Assembly: GCA_946628865.1 (NCBI GenBank)
Contig: CAMOXE010000097.1
Location: 1 to 59,421 of the forward strand
DNA from: an uncultured Clostridia bacterium
GTDB lineage: Bacteria > Bacillota > Clostridia > Christensenellales > Borkfalkiaceae
Reading direction: 5' to 3'
DNA: 59,421 nucleotides
Position 1 is the stretch's first letter. Every line of letters begins with the position of its first letter. A program made the translations under genes and the position numbers. The notes under the pieces were generated by a model. That model saw only the letters and a program-made list of their open reading frames with translations, had not been told where the DNA came from and made no database searches. Positions 42,327 to 52,500 of the stretch are shown in pieces.

Positions 42327-43502
42327 ATGAGAAGTAAGAAATTTTCAGAGGTTATCCGTAAACTGACCGCTTTGGCGTTAACGCTTGCGTCTATAGTCGG
42401 AGTTTTGGCGGGTTGCGTAATTAAATTTGAGTTTGACGACGCGGATATTCTCGCGAAAACCTCGGTTATCGAGATAAAGGAGATCAAAAAGCACGGCAAC
42501 GTCGTTTTAGACGTTACCTTTGCCGAGATGCGCGAGATAGGTCTTGAAACGGGCGACGTAATAACCGTTTCGGTCGGAGAATCGAAGTACGAAATGCCTA
42601 TCGGAACGTCTTTCAGCGACGTGGACAGCGGCGAGATGATCTGTCGTTTCGACGAGGAGGACGACGAAGTGGCGCTTGCCGTCAATATGGGGTCGTTTGC
42701 CGAAAAAACCGGAATAGCCGAAAAACAGACTATAGAAGAAGATCCGGGGTATAAATGGACTGTAAAAATATCCGAACTTATGATAACGCTCAAAGAAAAG
42801 CGCGGCTATCTCGACGAATATCGGGTACGCAATCTTACGCGCAGCAACGCGCGTGAAGATTATCCGAGCCTTACGGACGAGGAATTTGCGAATTTCAGAG
42901 CGGTGCCATTAAGAGGAATAAAAGCAAATACCTTTTACAGGAGCAGTACGCCGATAGACCCGGCGATCGGGCGCAGCGAATACGCGATGAGAGCGATCGA
43001 GCAAGCGGGAATAAAATCTATCTTAAACCTTGCCGACTCCGTCGAGACGATGGAAAGTTACGATGCTTATGTCGGGAGTTATTACGGCGACTGCGCCGTG
43101 ATAAATCCTGAAATGTCCTACGATTTCGAGAGCGCGGAGTTCGGTGATAAGGTAAAGACGTGCGTAGAATTTATCATAAACGGCGAGGGACCTTTTCTGA
43201 TACATTGTAAAGAGGGCAAGGACCGCACGGGAATTTTATGCGCTATTTTGGAGTGCTATGCGGGCGCAAGCGCGGAAGAGGTCTTTTACGATTATATGCT
43301 CACTTATGTAAACTATTACGGGATAGACTCTTCCGATTCGGTTTACAGCGTCATACTCAATAAAAATCTCGTAAAAACGCTATGCGCGCTGTTAAAAGTC
43401 GAAAGCCTTAAAGGCATAAACCTCAAAGAAAAGGCGCGAGAGTATTTGATTTCAATCGGAGTTACGGACGAAGAATTAAAAGCGCTTTCCGAGAAATTGT
43501 AA
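42327..43502 (+). CDS. Lipoprotein with a C-terminal Cys-based protein tyrosine phosphatase domain (Y_phosphatase3-like)
   Basis: Lipobox GVLAGC, FYRSSTP, and the CX5R active-site loop HCKEGKDRTG. The N-terminal ~130-aa beta-rich domain was not confidently recognised. Confidence 0.75.
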   Translation: MRSKKFSEVIRKLTALALTLASIVGVLAGCVIKFEFDDADILAKTSVIEIKEIKKHGNVVLDVTFAEMREIGLETGDVITVSVGESKYEMPIGTSFSDVDSGEMICRFDEEDDEVALAVNMGSFAEKTGIAEKQTIEEDPGYKWTVKISELMITLKEKRGYLDEYRVRNLTRSNAREDYPSLTDEEFANFRAVPLRGIKANTFYRSSTPIDPAIGRSEYAMRAIEQAGIKSILNLADSVETMESYDAYVGSYYGDCAVINPEMSYDFESAEFGDKVKTCVEFIINGEGPFLIHCKEGKDRTGILCAILECYAGASAEEVFYDYMLTYVNYYGIDSSDSVYSVILNKNLVKTLCALLKVESLKGINLKEKAREYLISIGVTDEELKALSEKL

Positions 43503-43528
43503 GGATTGAAACGCTTGCTTTTATTTTT
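43480..43528 (+). terminator. Probable terminator of the second apparatus/luxS operon
   Basis: Stem aagcg(c)tttc / gaaacgctt (43480-43489 / 43508-43516), 9 bp with one bulge, followed by gcttttattttt. Confidence 0.5.
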
Positions 43529-43594
43529 AAACGGGTATATAATAATATCGCAGATAACGTAAATGCAAAATATCTATTTTCAAGGAGAGGCAAA

Positions 43595-44152
43595 ATGTAC
43601 GGAGATAAAATAATTCCCGTAGTAACGTTAAAGACCGTCGAAGAGCGCAACGAAGTACTTCCCGCTTTAAAAAACGACGGAATAATGAACGCGGAGATAT
43701 GTTTCAGGACGGATTGCGCCGAAGAGGCGATACGTCTGTCGGTAAAAGAATATCCCGAAATGAACGTGGGCGCAGGCACGGTAATAAACGGCGAGCAATG
43801 CAAAAAAGCGCTCGCGGCGGGTGCGAAATTCATAGTTTCGCCGGGACTTTCGGAAGAAGTGGCGAAAATTTGCAAAGAAAAGGGCGTGCCGTATTACCCC
43901 GGCTGCGTAACGCCGACGGAGATAATGAAGGCGATAGAACTCGGGTTTACGGTGGTCAAGTTCTTCCCCGCGAACGTTTACGGCGGCTTAAAGGCAATGA
44001 AAGCCTTGTCCGCACCCTTCCCGCAGATAAAGTTTATACCGACGGGCGGAGTAGACGGCGGAAATATCGAAGAATATCTCGCATGGGATAAAATTTACGC
44101 CGTGGGCGGCAGTTCGTTTGTAAAGGAGGCAATGGCAAAATGGCAAAAGTAA
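43595..44152 (+). CDS. eda: 2-dehydro-3-deoxyphosphogluconate (KDPG) / 4-hydroxy-2-oxoglutarate aldolase
   Basis: GAGTVINGEQ, FIVSPG, catalytic-Lys context VVKFFPA and FIPTGGV. RBS AAGGAGAGG. Confidence 0.88.
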   Translation: MYGDKIIPVVTLKTVEERNEVLPALKNDGIMNAEICFRTDCAEEAIRLSVKEYPEMNVGAGTVINGEQCKKALAAGAKFIVSPGLSEEVAKICKEKGVPYYPGCVTPTEIMKAIELGFTVVKFFPANVYGGLKAMKALSAPFPQIKFIPTGGVDGGNIEEYLAWDKIYAVGGSSFVKEAMAKWQK

Positions 44153-45162
44153 TAACTTTCGGAGAATTAATGTTAAGGCTCGCGCCTGAGAATTATCTCA
44201 GGTTCGTTCAGAGCGAGAAATACGAGGCGACTTTCGGCGGAGCCGAGGCGAACGTGGCGGTAAGTTTAGCGAATTACGGCTTAGACGCGGCGTTCGTAAC
44301 GAAACTCCCCGAACACGAAATAGGTCAGGCGGCGGTCAATTCCCTGCGCAAATTCGGAGTTGATACGAGTTTAATAGTAAGAGGCGGAGAAAGAGTAGGC
44401 ATATACTACTGCGAAAAGGGCGCGAGCCAAAGACCGAGCAAGGTAATATACGACAGGGCGTATTCCGCCATATCCAAGGCGAAAGTTTCGGACTTTGCCT
44501 GGGGCAAGATATTTAAGGGCGCGACGTGGTTTCACTTTACGGGCATAACCCCGGCGCTTTCGGACGACGTGGCGAAAATCTGCTTAAAAGCCTGCGAAGA
44601 GGCGAAAAAGAGAGGCATAACTATCTCTTGCGACCTTAACTTCCGCAAAAAACTCTGGAGCAAAGAAAAGGCGAACGAGGTTATGACAAAACTTTGCGGC
44701 TACGTAGATTATTGCATAGCGAACGAAGAGGACGCGAAAGACGTTTTCGACATAGAGGCGGACAACACGGATATAAACAGCGGGAAACTCGATAGAAACG
44801 GATATATCTCGGTAGCGAAAAAACTCACCGACAAATTCGGTTTCAAGGGCGTTGCGATAACCCTTCGCGAGAGCCTTTCGGCAAGCGACAACAACTGGTC
44901 GGCAATGCTGTATACGGGCGGCGAGGCGGTATTTTCCAAGAAATACGCGATGCATATCGTAGACAGAGTCGGCGGCGGCGACAGTTTCGGCGCGGGGCTT
45001 ATCTATTCGCTCGTAAACGGCTACGAGCCGCAAAAGGCGATAGAGTTCGCGGTCGCGGCGAGTTGCTTAAAGCACTCTATCGAGGGCGATTATAATATGG
45101 TTTCCGTAAAAGAAGTCGAGGCGCTTGCAGGCGGAAACGCGTCGGGCAGAGTACAAAGATAA
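44140..45162 (+). CDS. kdgK: 2-dehydro-3-deoxygluconokinase (PfkB family)
   Basis: FGGAEANVAVSLANYG and the PfkB signature DRVGGGDSFGAG. 13-nt overlap with eda. Confidence 0.85.
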   Translation: MAKVITFGELMLRLAPENYLRFVQSEKYEATFGGAEANVAVSLANYGLDAAFVTKLPEHEIGQAAVNSLRKFGVDTSLIVRGGERVGIYYCEKGASQRPSKVIYDRAYSAISKAKVSDFAWGKIFKGATWFHFTGITPALSDDVAKICLKACEEAKKRGITISCDLNFRKKLWSKEKANEVMTKLCGYVDYCIANEEDAKDVFDIEADNTDINSGKLDRNGYISVAKKLTDKFGFKGVAITLRESLSASDNNWSAMLYTGGEAVFSKKYAMHIVDRVGGGDSFGAGLIYSLVNGYEPQKAIEFAVAASCLKHSIEGDYNMVSVKEVEALAGGNASGRVQR

Positions 45163-45210
45163 TTTAATAACTGAATAAAAGCGCCGTGAACGGCGCAAAG
45201 ATGACTGAAT

Positions 45211-45263
45211 AAAACGGCTATGGCGTCTGCAAAATTGCAGACGCCATAGCCGTTAAAATTTTT
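45211..45263. terminator. Bidirectional terminator between convergent kdgK and the minus-strand membrane gene
   Basis: Perfect ~18-bp palindrome aacggctatggcgtctgc-aaaa-ttgcagacgccatagccgtt, flanked by A-run and T-run. A second small hairpin gcgccg-tgaa-cggcgc lies at 45181-45196. Confidence 0.8.
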
Positions 45264-45269
45264 CAAAAT

Positions 45270-45962
45270 TTAAGAGTTTTTCTTTTTGGCGATTCCGGTT
45301 TTGATTTTGAATATGCCCAAGCCGAAGAGATAGGTCGCGCCGAGCAATAAAACCGCGCTGACGGGCGATAGCCAAAGTCTGCCGCCGAAAGTAAAGCCGT
45401 AAAAGGCCGGCCAGCCGCCGTTCTCTTCGCCGATAAAGACGACCATTATTATGTAAACGACGGAATACGCCGCGGTGGGAATAATTCCGAGCAGGGCGTC
45501 TTTCTTTCCGAACTCCTCTATGCTCTCGAAGAATATAAACGTTATAAGCGCGAGTAGGGGAGAAAGAAAATGTAGATATAAATTGTTCCCCGTAAACAGC
45601 GCGAAATATCCTCGTCCCGAAAACGCGCTTATGGGCGCAAGGAAAAATATGACTGTAAGCATCGTAACCGTTACCGAAACTGTCGCGGCGAACTTTACTT
45701 TAAACGCCCAAACGGGGAGTTTATATTCGTCGTGTACGGCGTTTTTAACGTCAAAAAACAGCACTATAGCGCAACTTATCGCTAAAAACACGTTTGAAAG
45801 CACGGTGAAAAAACAGAAACTTCTAACTCCGTCGAAACCGAAAACGAGATCGTTTCGTATAATGTCCGTTCTGAAATTGTAAAGGTTAGCGTCTACCGTA
45901 AAAAATATGATAGCGAGATTGATTATAAGCGACAGAACGTTAAACAGTCTCTTCCGTTGCAT
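45270..45962 (-). CDS. 230-aa polytopic membrane protein (possibly Pr6Pr/FAR-17a-AIG1-like)
   Basis: About 6 hydrophobic helices, including FFTVLSN and HFLSPLL. The family name is tentative. Confidence 0.7.
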   Translation of the reverse strand: MQRKRLFNVLSLIINLAIIFFTVDANLYNFRTDIIRNDLVFGFDGVRSFCFFTVLSNVFLAISCAIVLFFDVKNAVHDEYKLPVWAFKVKFAATVSVTVTMLTVIFFLAPISAFSGRGYFALFTGNNLYLHFLSPLLALITFIFFESIEEFGKKDALLGIIPTAAYSVVYIIMVVFIGEENGGWPAFYGFTFGGRLWLSPVSAVLLLGATYLFGLGIFKIKTGIAKKKNS

Positions 45963-46530
45963 TTTTTCTTCTCCTTACGGCGAGTTCGCCCGTCGTGAGT
46001 TTATATATCGCGGCTACGGGCAGCGCGCAGATAAACGTTATGGCGGCGCCTTTAAGTTCAAACGGCGCGTCGTTTAAAAGATAAGTAAAGAGCGGAAGTT
46101 TCCAAATGAGTACCGTTGCGACGACCGACGTCCAGAAATAGAATATCTCGCCGACGGCGGCGTAAAGCGCGTAGACGAATACGCTCACGTTCTTATGTTT
46201 GGGGTTAAACGCCTTGTAAACTATATAAGGCATGAAATATCCGATGAAAACTTGCAGTAACCACCACTTTGCCTCTATGAGTTTAGCGGGGAACCAGGCA
46301 AGACACGAAAGTTCAAACAAGACGGCGTATAGCGCGATTAACGCGAAGTTTTTCGGGAAATTCATACTTGCCGCGCATATTACGAGAATGGGGAAAACGA
46401 AGTTTTCATACGGCAAGCGTACCAAAAACTGGTCTACGCACATTAATACGAGAAGAGATAAAAGCGCGGCTACGCCTTTTAAGCCTTTTGTTTTTGCAAG
46501 CCTTTCGGCTTTCAATAAAGAATTATTCAT
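45940..46530 (-). CDS. 196-aa polytopic membrane protein, function unknown
   Basis: About 5 hydrophobic helices. Overlaps its neighbours by 23 nt (downstream) and 8 nt (upstream, radA). Confidence 0.7.
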   Translation of the reverse strand: MNNSLLKAERLAKTKGLKGVAALLSLLVLMCVDQFLVRLPYENFVFPILVICAASMNFPKNFALIALYAVLFELSCLAWFPAKLIEAKWWLLQVFIGYFMPYIVYKAFNPKHKNVSVFVYALYAAVGEIFYFWTSVVATVLIWKLPLFTYLLNDAPFELKGAAITFICALPVAAIYKLTTGELAVRRRKNATEETV

Positions 46531-47902
46531 TGCTGACAGTTTCTCCGTCGAATAGTATTTTTACGGTTTGATAAATATGTTTAACGGGTATGATTTTCAT
46601 CTTCCCCGCGAACTTTTCCGCCGCGGACTTGTTCGAGGCGGGAATTATTGCGGTTTTAAAGCCGAGTTTATAACACTCCGACAACCGCTTTTCGGTAAAA
46701 TTGACTCCGCGCACTTCGCCGGTAAGCCCGATCTCGCCGAAAGCGCACAGGTCCTTAGGCACCGCTTTTGAAAAAGCCGAACTTGCAAGCGCTATCGCCA
46801 CCGCGAGATCCGCCGCAGGCTCCGTAAGTTTTATTCCGCCCATCGCCGTAACGTAGACGTCAGACGAATAAAAGGGGATATAGGCGCGTTTTTCGAGTAT
46901 TGCGATGATAAGCGCGGCGCGGTTGTAATCGATGCCGAGCGGCATTCGCCGAGGCAGACCGAACGCGGTTTTAGACACGAGCGACTGAATTTCCACCGCT
47001 ATGGCGCGGTTTCCGGATATTGACGGAGTGACGACGCTCCCCGCGTTTTCGCCCCTGCCGTCGGAGAGGAACAGTCCGCTGTAGTCTTTAACGCCGAAAA
47101 TTCCCTTGTCCGTCATCTCGAAAACGCCCACTTCCTGCGCCGAGCCGAATCTGTTTTTAACCGCGCGGAGAAGTTTACAGTTGTCCTGAGTCTGCCCCTC
47201 GAAGTAAAGCACCGCGTCCATAATGTGTTCCAAAACTTTCGGTCCGGCGATCGCGCCTTCCTTTGTGACGTGACCTATTATAAACACCGTCTTTTTTTCG
47301 GCTTTGGCAAAGCGCATAAGCCTCGCGGCGCACTCCTTGACTTGTCCGACGCTCCCCGCCGAAGAATTCATTTCGGAGAGATACGTCGCTTGTATCGAGT
47401 CCACTATAAGGAAATCCGCGTCCGCGGCGGCGTCGATTATCGCGTTCAATTCGGTTTCGCCGAGCAGCAGCATGTCCGCGCCGCTAAGTGAGAGCCTTTT
47501 TGCGCGCATTTTTACCTGCGCGGGGCTTTCTTCCGCCGAGGCGTATAATACCTTGTAATTCTTCGCGAGGTTGCACGCCACTTGCGTCATTAAGGTCGAT
47601 TTACCTATTCCCGGGTCTCCGCCGATAAGAACGAGGGACGCGGGGACTATTCCTCCGCCGAGAACCTCGTCGAATTCGGCTATGCCCGAACTTATGCGGA
47701 CGAGTTTTTCCTCCGAAACCTCGCTCAAACGCACCGGGCGGGATAAAGCGCTCGGCTTTTTAACCTCTTTGGCGGAAACCTCTTCTATCTCTTCTACGAT
47801 AGTTCCGAATTTTCCGCACGACGGGCATCTTCCGAGCCACCCGGGGCTTACCGAGCCGCAATCCGTGCAGTAGTATCTTGTGTTCGTCTTTACTTTTCCC
47901 AT
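46523..47902 (-). CDS. radA: DNA repair protein RadA/Sms
   Basis: N-terminal zinc finger CTDCGSVSPGWLGRCPSCG, Walker A GGDPGIGKSTL, the RadA motif KNRFG, and a Lon-protease-like C-terminus. Confidence 0.93.
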   Translation of the reverse strand: MGKVKTNTRYYCTDCGSVSPGWLGRCPSCGKFGTIVEEIEEVSAKEVKKPSALSRPVRLSEVSEEKLVRISSGIAEFDEVLGGGIVPASLVLIGGDPGIGKSTLMTQVACNLAKNYKVLYASAEESPAQVKMRAKRLSLSGADMLLLGETELNAIIDAAADADFLIVDSIQATYLSEMNSSAGSVGQVKECAARLMRFAKAEKKTVFIIGHVTKEGAIAGPKVLEHIMDAVLYFEGQTQDNCKLLRAVKNRFGSAQEVGVFEMTDKGIFGVKDYSGLFLSDGRGENAGSVVTPSISGNRAIAVEIQSLVSKTAFGLPRRMPLGIDYNRAALIIAILEKRAYIPFYSSDVYVTAMGGIKLTEPAADLAVAIALASSAFSKAVPKDLCAFGEIGLTGEVRGVNFTEKRLSECYKLGFKTAIIPASNKSAAEKFAGKMKIIPVKHIYQTVKILFDGETVSNE

Positions 47903-49023
47903 AATTTTTCAGTCAAACAATGCGCTTGTACCGCAATTCCCTCTTCTCTTCCGACCGTGCCTATGCCCTCGAGCGTGGTGCAGGTTAGCCCCACGTCGCC
48001 AAGCGGCAAGGCGAGCGCCGCGGCGAGATTTTCGCGTATTCTTAAAACGTATTTTGCGAGTTTCGGCTTTTCCGCCATTATGACCGCGGTGACGTTTACG
48101 GGCTTATAGCCCGACTTTTTTAACAAATCAAGCACTTCGTCAAGGAGTTTCATGCTCGATATTCCCTTATATCTCATATCCGTATCGGGGAAGTGCTTGC
48201 CTATATCTCCGAGCGCCGCCGAGGACAGCAGGGCGTCCATTATCGCGTGGGTAAGAACGTCCGCGTCGCTGTGACCTAAAAGTCCTTTGTCGTGAGGGAT
48301 TTCCACGCCGCCGAGAATCAGTTTTCTGCCTTCGACGAGGCGGTGAAGGTCGAAACCCGTGCCGCAGCGAAGAGACGGCGCGAAGTCTTTTTTATAAGTG
48401 AGTTTCACGTTGTCGTAAGAGCCGTCTATTACTCTGAACTTTCCTATAAACTCCGCAAACAAGCCGGATTCGTCCGTAAAGCGTGAATAATCGTCGGTGG
48501 AAGAGTATGCTTTTTTAATGAGTTCGGTTTTAAAAGTCTGCGGGGTCTGCACGAGGTATTTGCCTTGTCTTGAAGAGTTCCTGCCGAAAACGCCGTCGGG
48601 CGATACTTCGCAATCGCAAATCGTATCCACGGCGGGAATGGCGGCTACGCCCGAGCCGAACTCTTCGGCGGACGAAACGCTCGAACGGATGATTTCGGGC
48701 GAAACGAACGGTCTTGCGCCGTCGTGAATAACCACGACTTCGCCCGTAACCGCGTTAAGCCCCGCCTTTACCGAAAGCGAACGGGTACTGCCGCCCTCTA
48801 CGAATTTCGGGGAAACGCCCAGCCGAAGAGCAATCTCTTTAAAAGCGGATTCGTCCTCTTTGCGGCAGGGTATTATAAATTCGTCTATAACGCCCGATTC
48901 TATAAACGCCGAGAGGCATTTCTCTATCGGAGTAACGCCGCCCAAGTCCTTTAACAATTTATTAAAACCGAAACCTGCGCGCAGCCCCGAGCCTGCGCAG
49001 GCTATGATTGCGGAAACTTTCAT
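47890..49023 (-). CDS. ispDF: Bifunctional IspD/IspF (MEP cytidylyltransferase / MEcPP synthase)
   Basis: IspD N-terminus IIACAGSGLRAG. IspF C-terminus GTGFDLHRL...GHSDADVLTHAIMDALL. Confidence 0.9.
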   Translation of the reverse strand: MKVSAIIACAGSGLRAGFGFNKLLKDLGGVTPIEKCLSAFIESGVIDEFIIPCRKEDESAFKEIALRLGVSPKFVEGGSTRSLSVKAGLNAVTGEVVVIHDGARPFVSPEIIRSSVSSAEEFGSGVAAIPAVDTICDCEVSPDGVFGRNSSRQGKYLVQTPQTFKTELIKKAYSSTDDYSRFTDESGLFAEFIGKFRVIDGSYDNVKLTYKKDFAPSLRCGTGFDLHRLVEGRKLILGGVEIPHDKGLLGHSDADVLTHAIMDALLSSAALGDIGKHFPDTDMRYKGISSMKLLDEVLDLLKKSGYKPVNVTAVIMAEKPKLAKYVLRIRENLAAALALPLGDVGLTCTTLEGIGTVGREEGIAVQAHCLTEKLWEK

Positions 49024-49025
49024 AA

Positions 49026-49265
49026 TTATATAATAGTATAAAGGCTTTCCGCCTCTTCCTTTTTGACGGTTTCTTTTATGGCGTTTACTTTGAATTTCAG
49101 TTCGCCCTCTCCGAAACGGACGGCGACGACGTCGCCGACCTTGACGTTATAGGCGGGTTTAACGGATTTACCGTTTACGGTAACCTTACCGGCGCTCGCC
49201 GCCTCGGCGGCGACGGTTCTGCGCTTTAAAACCCTTGAAACTTTGAGAAATTTGTCGATTCTCAA
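49026..49265 (-). CDS. rqcP: S4-domain RNA-binding protein RqcP/YabO (ribosome quality control)
   Basis: MRIDKFLKVSRVLKRRTVA...VKKEEAESLYTII closely parallels B. subtilis YabO (MRLDKFLKVSRLIKRRTLA...KKEEAANMYTIL) as recalled. Confidence 0.8.
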   Translation of the reverse strand: MRIDKFLKVSRVLKRRTVAAEAASAGKVTVNGKSVKPAYNVKVGDVVAVRFGEGELKFKVNAIKETVKKEEAESLYTII

Positions 49266-49314
49266 GACTTTTCCTCCGAAAATGAAAAAATTTTTCTAAA
49301 CCTCGTAAAAATCC

Positions 49315-49343
49315 TTGACAACTTGTACTAAAGGACGTATAAT
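49315..49343 (+). promoter_or_regulatory. Consensus sigma-70 promoter upstream of rpoB (TTGACA-17-TATAAT)
   Basis: TTGACA at 49315-49320, 17-nt spacer, TATAAT at 49338-49343. Leaves a ~165-nt leader before the rpoB ATG. Confidence 0.65.
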
Positions 49344-49513
49344 TATATAATGCTATAATTTCGTAATAATGTCTTTTTGCGCCCTTTTTTAGGTTTTTTA
49401 ATCTGAAAAAACCGTCAAAAAACGTCAGCGCAACGGCAATTACTATGATATTATACACCTATTTGCAAATTAAAGCAAGGCGTTTTTACAAAATTTTTAT
49501 TAAGGAGAGAATA

Positions 49514-52500
49514 ATGACGCGCAATTTACCGTTAAAGAAATTCGGGAACGTCGAAAGACGCACGTTTTCCAAGACGAAAATAGTGCAACCGATGCCTTAT
49601 CTTATCGAGGTGCAGAGAGATTCTTACGCCGCGTTTATAGAAGAGGGCATAAGCGAAGTTTTCGAGGATTTTTCGCCAATCACCGATTATTCGGACAGAT
49701 TCGAACTTTATTTCCTCGACCACAAACTGTCAGACAAGTCTAAGTACGACGAGAAGGAGTGTCGTTCGCGCGACGCGACGTTTGCCGTACCGCTCAAGGT
49801 AAAAGTAAGGCTCGTAAACAAAGTGACCGGCGAGATAATGGACCAGGAAGTGTTTATGGGCGAACTTCCGAAGATGACGGCGAACGGATCGTTCATCATA
49901 AACGGAGCGGAGAGGGTAATCGTATCCCAACTCGTGCGTTCGCCGGGCGTATATAACGATTTCGCATACGCCAAGACGGGCAGGAAGATGTTCGCGACTA
50001 CGGTAATTCCGAACAGAGGCGCGTGGCTCGAGTTCGAGCAGGACGCCGACGGGGTGCTTTGGGTAAAGGTAGACAGGACGCGTAAACTTACCGCGACCGT
50101 ACTTCTCCGCGCGCTCGGTTTCGGTTCGGACGCGGAACTTGCCGATTTATTCCCCGGCGACCCGATGATTGCGGCTACCTATCAAAAGGACGTGGCGAAA
50201 ACCCAAGGCGAGGGCTTGTTCGAGTTATACAGAAGACTTCGTCCGGGCGAAATTCCGACGGAGGACGCCGTACATCAACATATAAAGAATACGTTTTTCG
50301 ATCCGAGGCGTTACGACTGCGCGAGGGTCGGGCGTTATAAATTCAACAAGCGCCTTAATATGGGCGCGAGACTTGCCGGCTGCAAATTATACGAAGATAT
50401 AATCAGCGAGGACGGCGAACTTTTAGCGAAAGCGGGCGAGATCGTAACCGAAGAAAAGGCGAAAGAGATCCAGAATGCGGGCGTAAACGAAGTATACGTT
50501 TTGACCGCGAGCGGCGAAAAGCACAAGATAATCGCGAACAACGCGGTAGATTTTACGGCGGTAACGGGCGTATCTCCGAGACCTTTCGGGCTTATCGAGA
50601 CCATACATTACCCCAACTACAAATTCGCAAAGCAAATAGCCGAAGAGGTTAAGACTTCCTCCGTCGAAGAGGTAGCCGACGCGCATATAGACGAGATAAA
50701 CGCATTGTTCTATACCGAAGAAGTAGTTGGCGACAACTTAAAGCCCGAGGACGTCAAAAACGCCGAAAAGCGCAAAGAATCGAGAAGAAGATTCGTATTT
50801 GCGTGCCGCGCTTTCTTCGATATTTTAGAGAGCGGCGAGGCTTTGGAGAAACTTACTCCCGAGCAGAAAAAGAACGTTAAACCGCTTATAGACAAACTTA
50901 ATCATAAACATATAACGGTAGACGACATAGTGGCGACGGTGTCTTTGAACTCCGACCTCAACTACGAAATAGGCACTTGCGACAATATCGACCATCTCGG
51001 CAACCGCCGCGTGCGCTCCGTCGGCGAACTTTTGCAAAACCAATTCCGCATAGGTATCGCGAGACTTGAAAGAGTAATAAAAGAGCGTATGTCCACGCAG
51101 GACCCGAAAGAGGTTTCGCCGCAAGGGCTTATAAACGTTCGTCCGGTATCGAGCGCGATAAAAGAATTTTTCGGCTCGTCGCAACTTTCGCAGTTCATGG
51201 ATCAGACGAACCCGATAGCGGAACTCACTCACAAGCGTAAACTTTCGGCGTTGGGTCCCGGCGGACTTAACCGCGACAGAGCGACGTTCGAAGTCAGAGA
51301 CGTTCACTACACGCATTACGGCAGAATGTGTCCGATAGAGACGCCCGAAGGCGCGAACATCGGTCTTATAACTTCGCTTTCGGCTTATGCGAAAGTAAAC
51401 GAATACGGTTTCATCGAATCCGCATATAGGCGCGTTATAAACGGAAAAGTAACGGATATAGTTGATTACCTCACGGCGGACGAAGAGGATAGGCATATCG
51501 TGGCGCAGGCGAACGAGCCGCTCGACGAGAACGACTGCTTTATAAACGAGCGTGTATCCTGCCGCAGAAGAGACGAGATAACCGAACTTCCCAAAGAAAT
51601 GATAGACTATATGGACGTCGCGCCCAACCAACTCGTATCGGTTGCGACGGCGCTCATACCCTTCCTCGAGAACTGCGACACGAACCGCGCGCTCATGGGT
51701 TCTAACATGCAACGTCAGGCAGTTCCGCTCATCAAGCCGGAAACGCCTATCGTCGGTACGGGAATAGAGGCGACCATCGCGCACGATTCGGGCGTAATGA
51801 TACTTGCCGAGAACGACGGCGTGGTAAAATCCGCGTCGGCGGACAGAATAGTGGTAACCGAGGACGACGGCACTACGACGGGAACGGACAGGGTATATAC
51901 CTTAAAGAAATTCGAGAGGTCGAACCAAGGCACTTGCCTTAACCAAAAACCGATAGTAAAAGTCGGGGACAAAGTCCATAAAGACATGATACTTGCCGAC
52001 GGTCCGGCGACTTGCGACGGCGAACTTGCCCTCGGCAGAAACATTTTGATAGGTTTCATGACGTGGGAAGGCTATAACTACGAGGACGCGATACTTTTAT
52101 CCGAGCAACTCGTCCGCGACGACGTGTTCACGTCTATCCATATAGAAGAACACGAGATAGAGTGCCGCGAGACCAAACTCGGCGAAGAAGAGATAACGCG
52201 CGATATACCCAACATCGGCGACGACGCGCTCAAAGACCTCGACAGCGACGGCATCATAAGGATCGGCGCGGAGGTAACCAGCGGCGATATTCTCGTAGGT
52301 AAAGTAACGCCTAAGGGCGAGACCGAACTTACTCCCGAAGAAAGGCTTTTAAGGGCGATCTTCGGCGAAAAGGCGAGAGAAGTAAGAGATACGTCTCTCC
52401 GCGTACCTCACGGCGAAGGCGGAATAGTAGTAGACGTAAAGATATTCACGAGAGAGAACAAGGACGAACTTTCGCCCGGCGTAAACAAACTCGTGAGAGT

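Noticed and set aside
43699-44091. Alternative-frame + strand ORFs inside eda (43699-44091), the kinase gene (6140-6490) and the giant gene (21692-22240, 24179-24460).
   Set aside because: They are Arg-rich out-of-frame translations of well-supported genes, with no independent start signals.
49445-49513. N-terminal extension of the rpoB ORF ([23 protein letters not shown]).
   Set aside because: It has no RBS and is AT-rich promoter or leader sequence. The ATG at 49514 sits behind AAGGAGAG and gives a canonical RpoB N-terminus.
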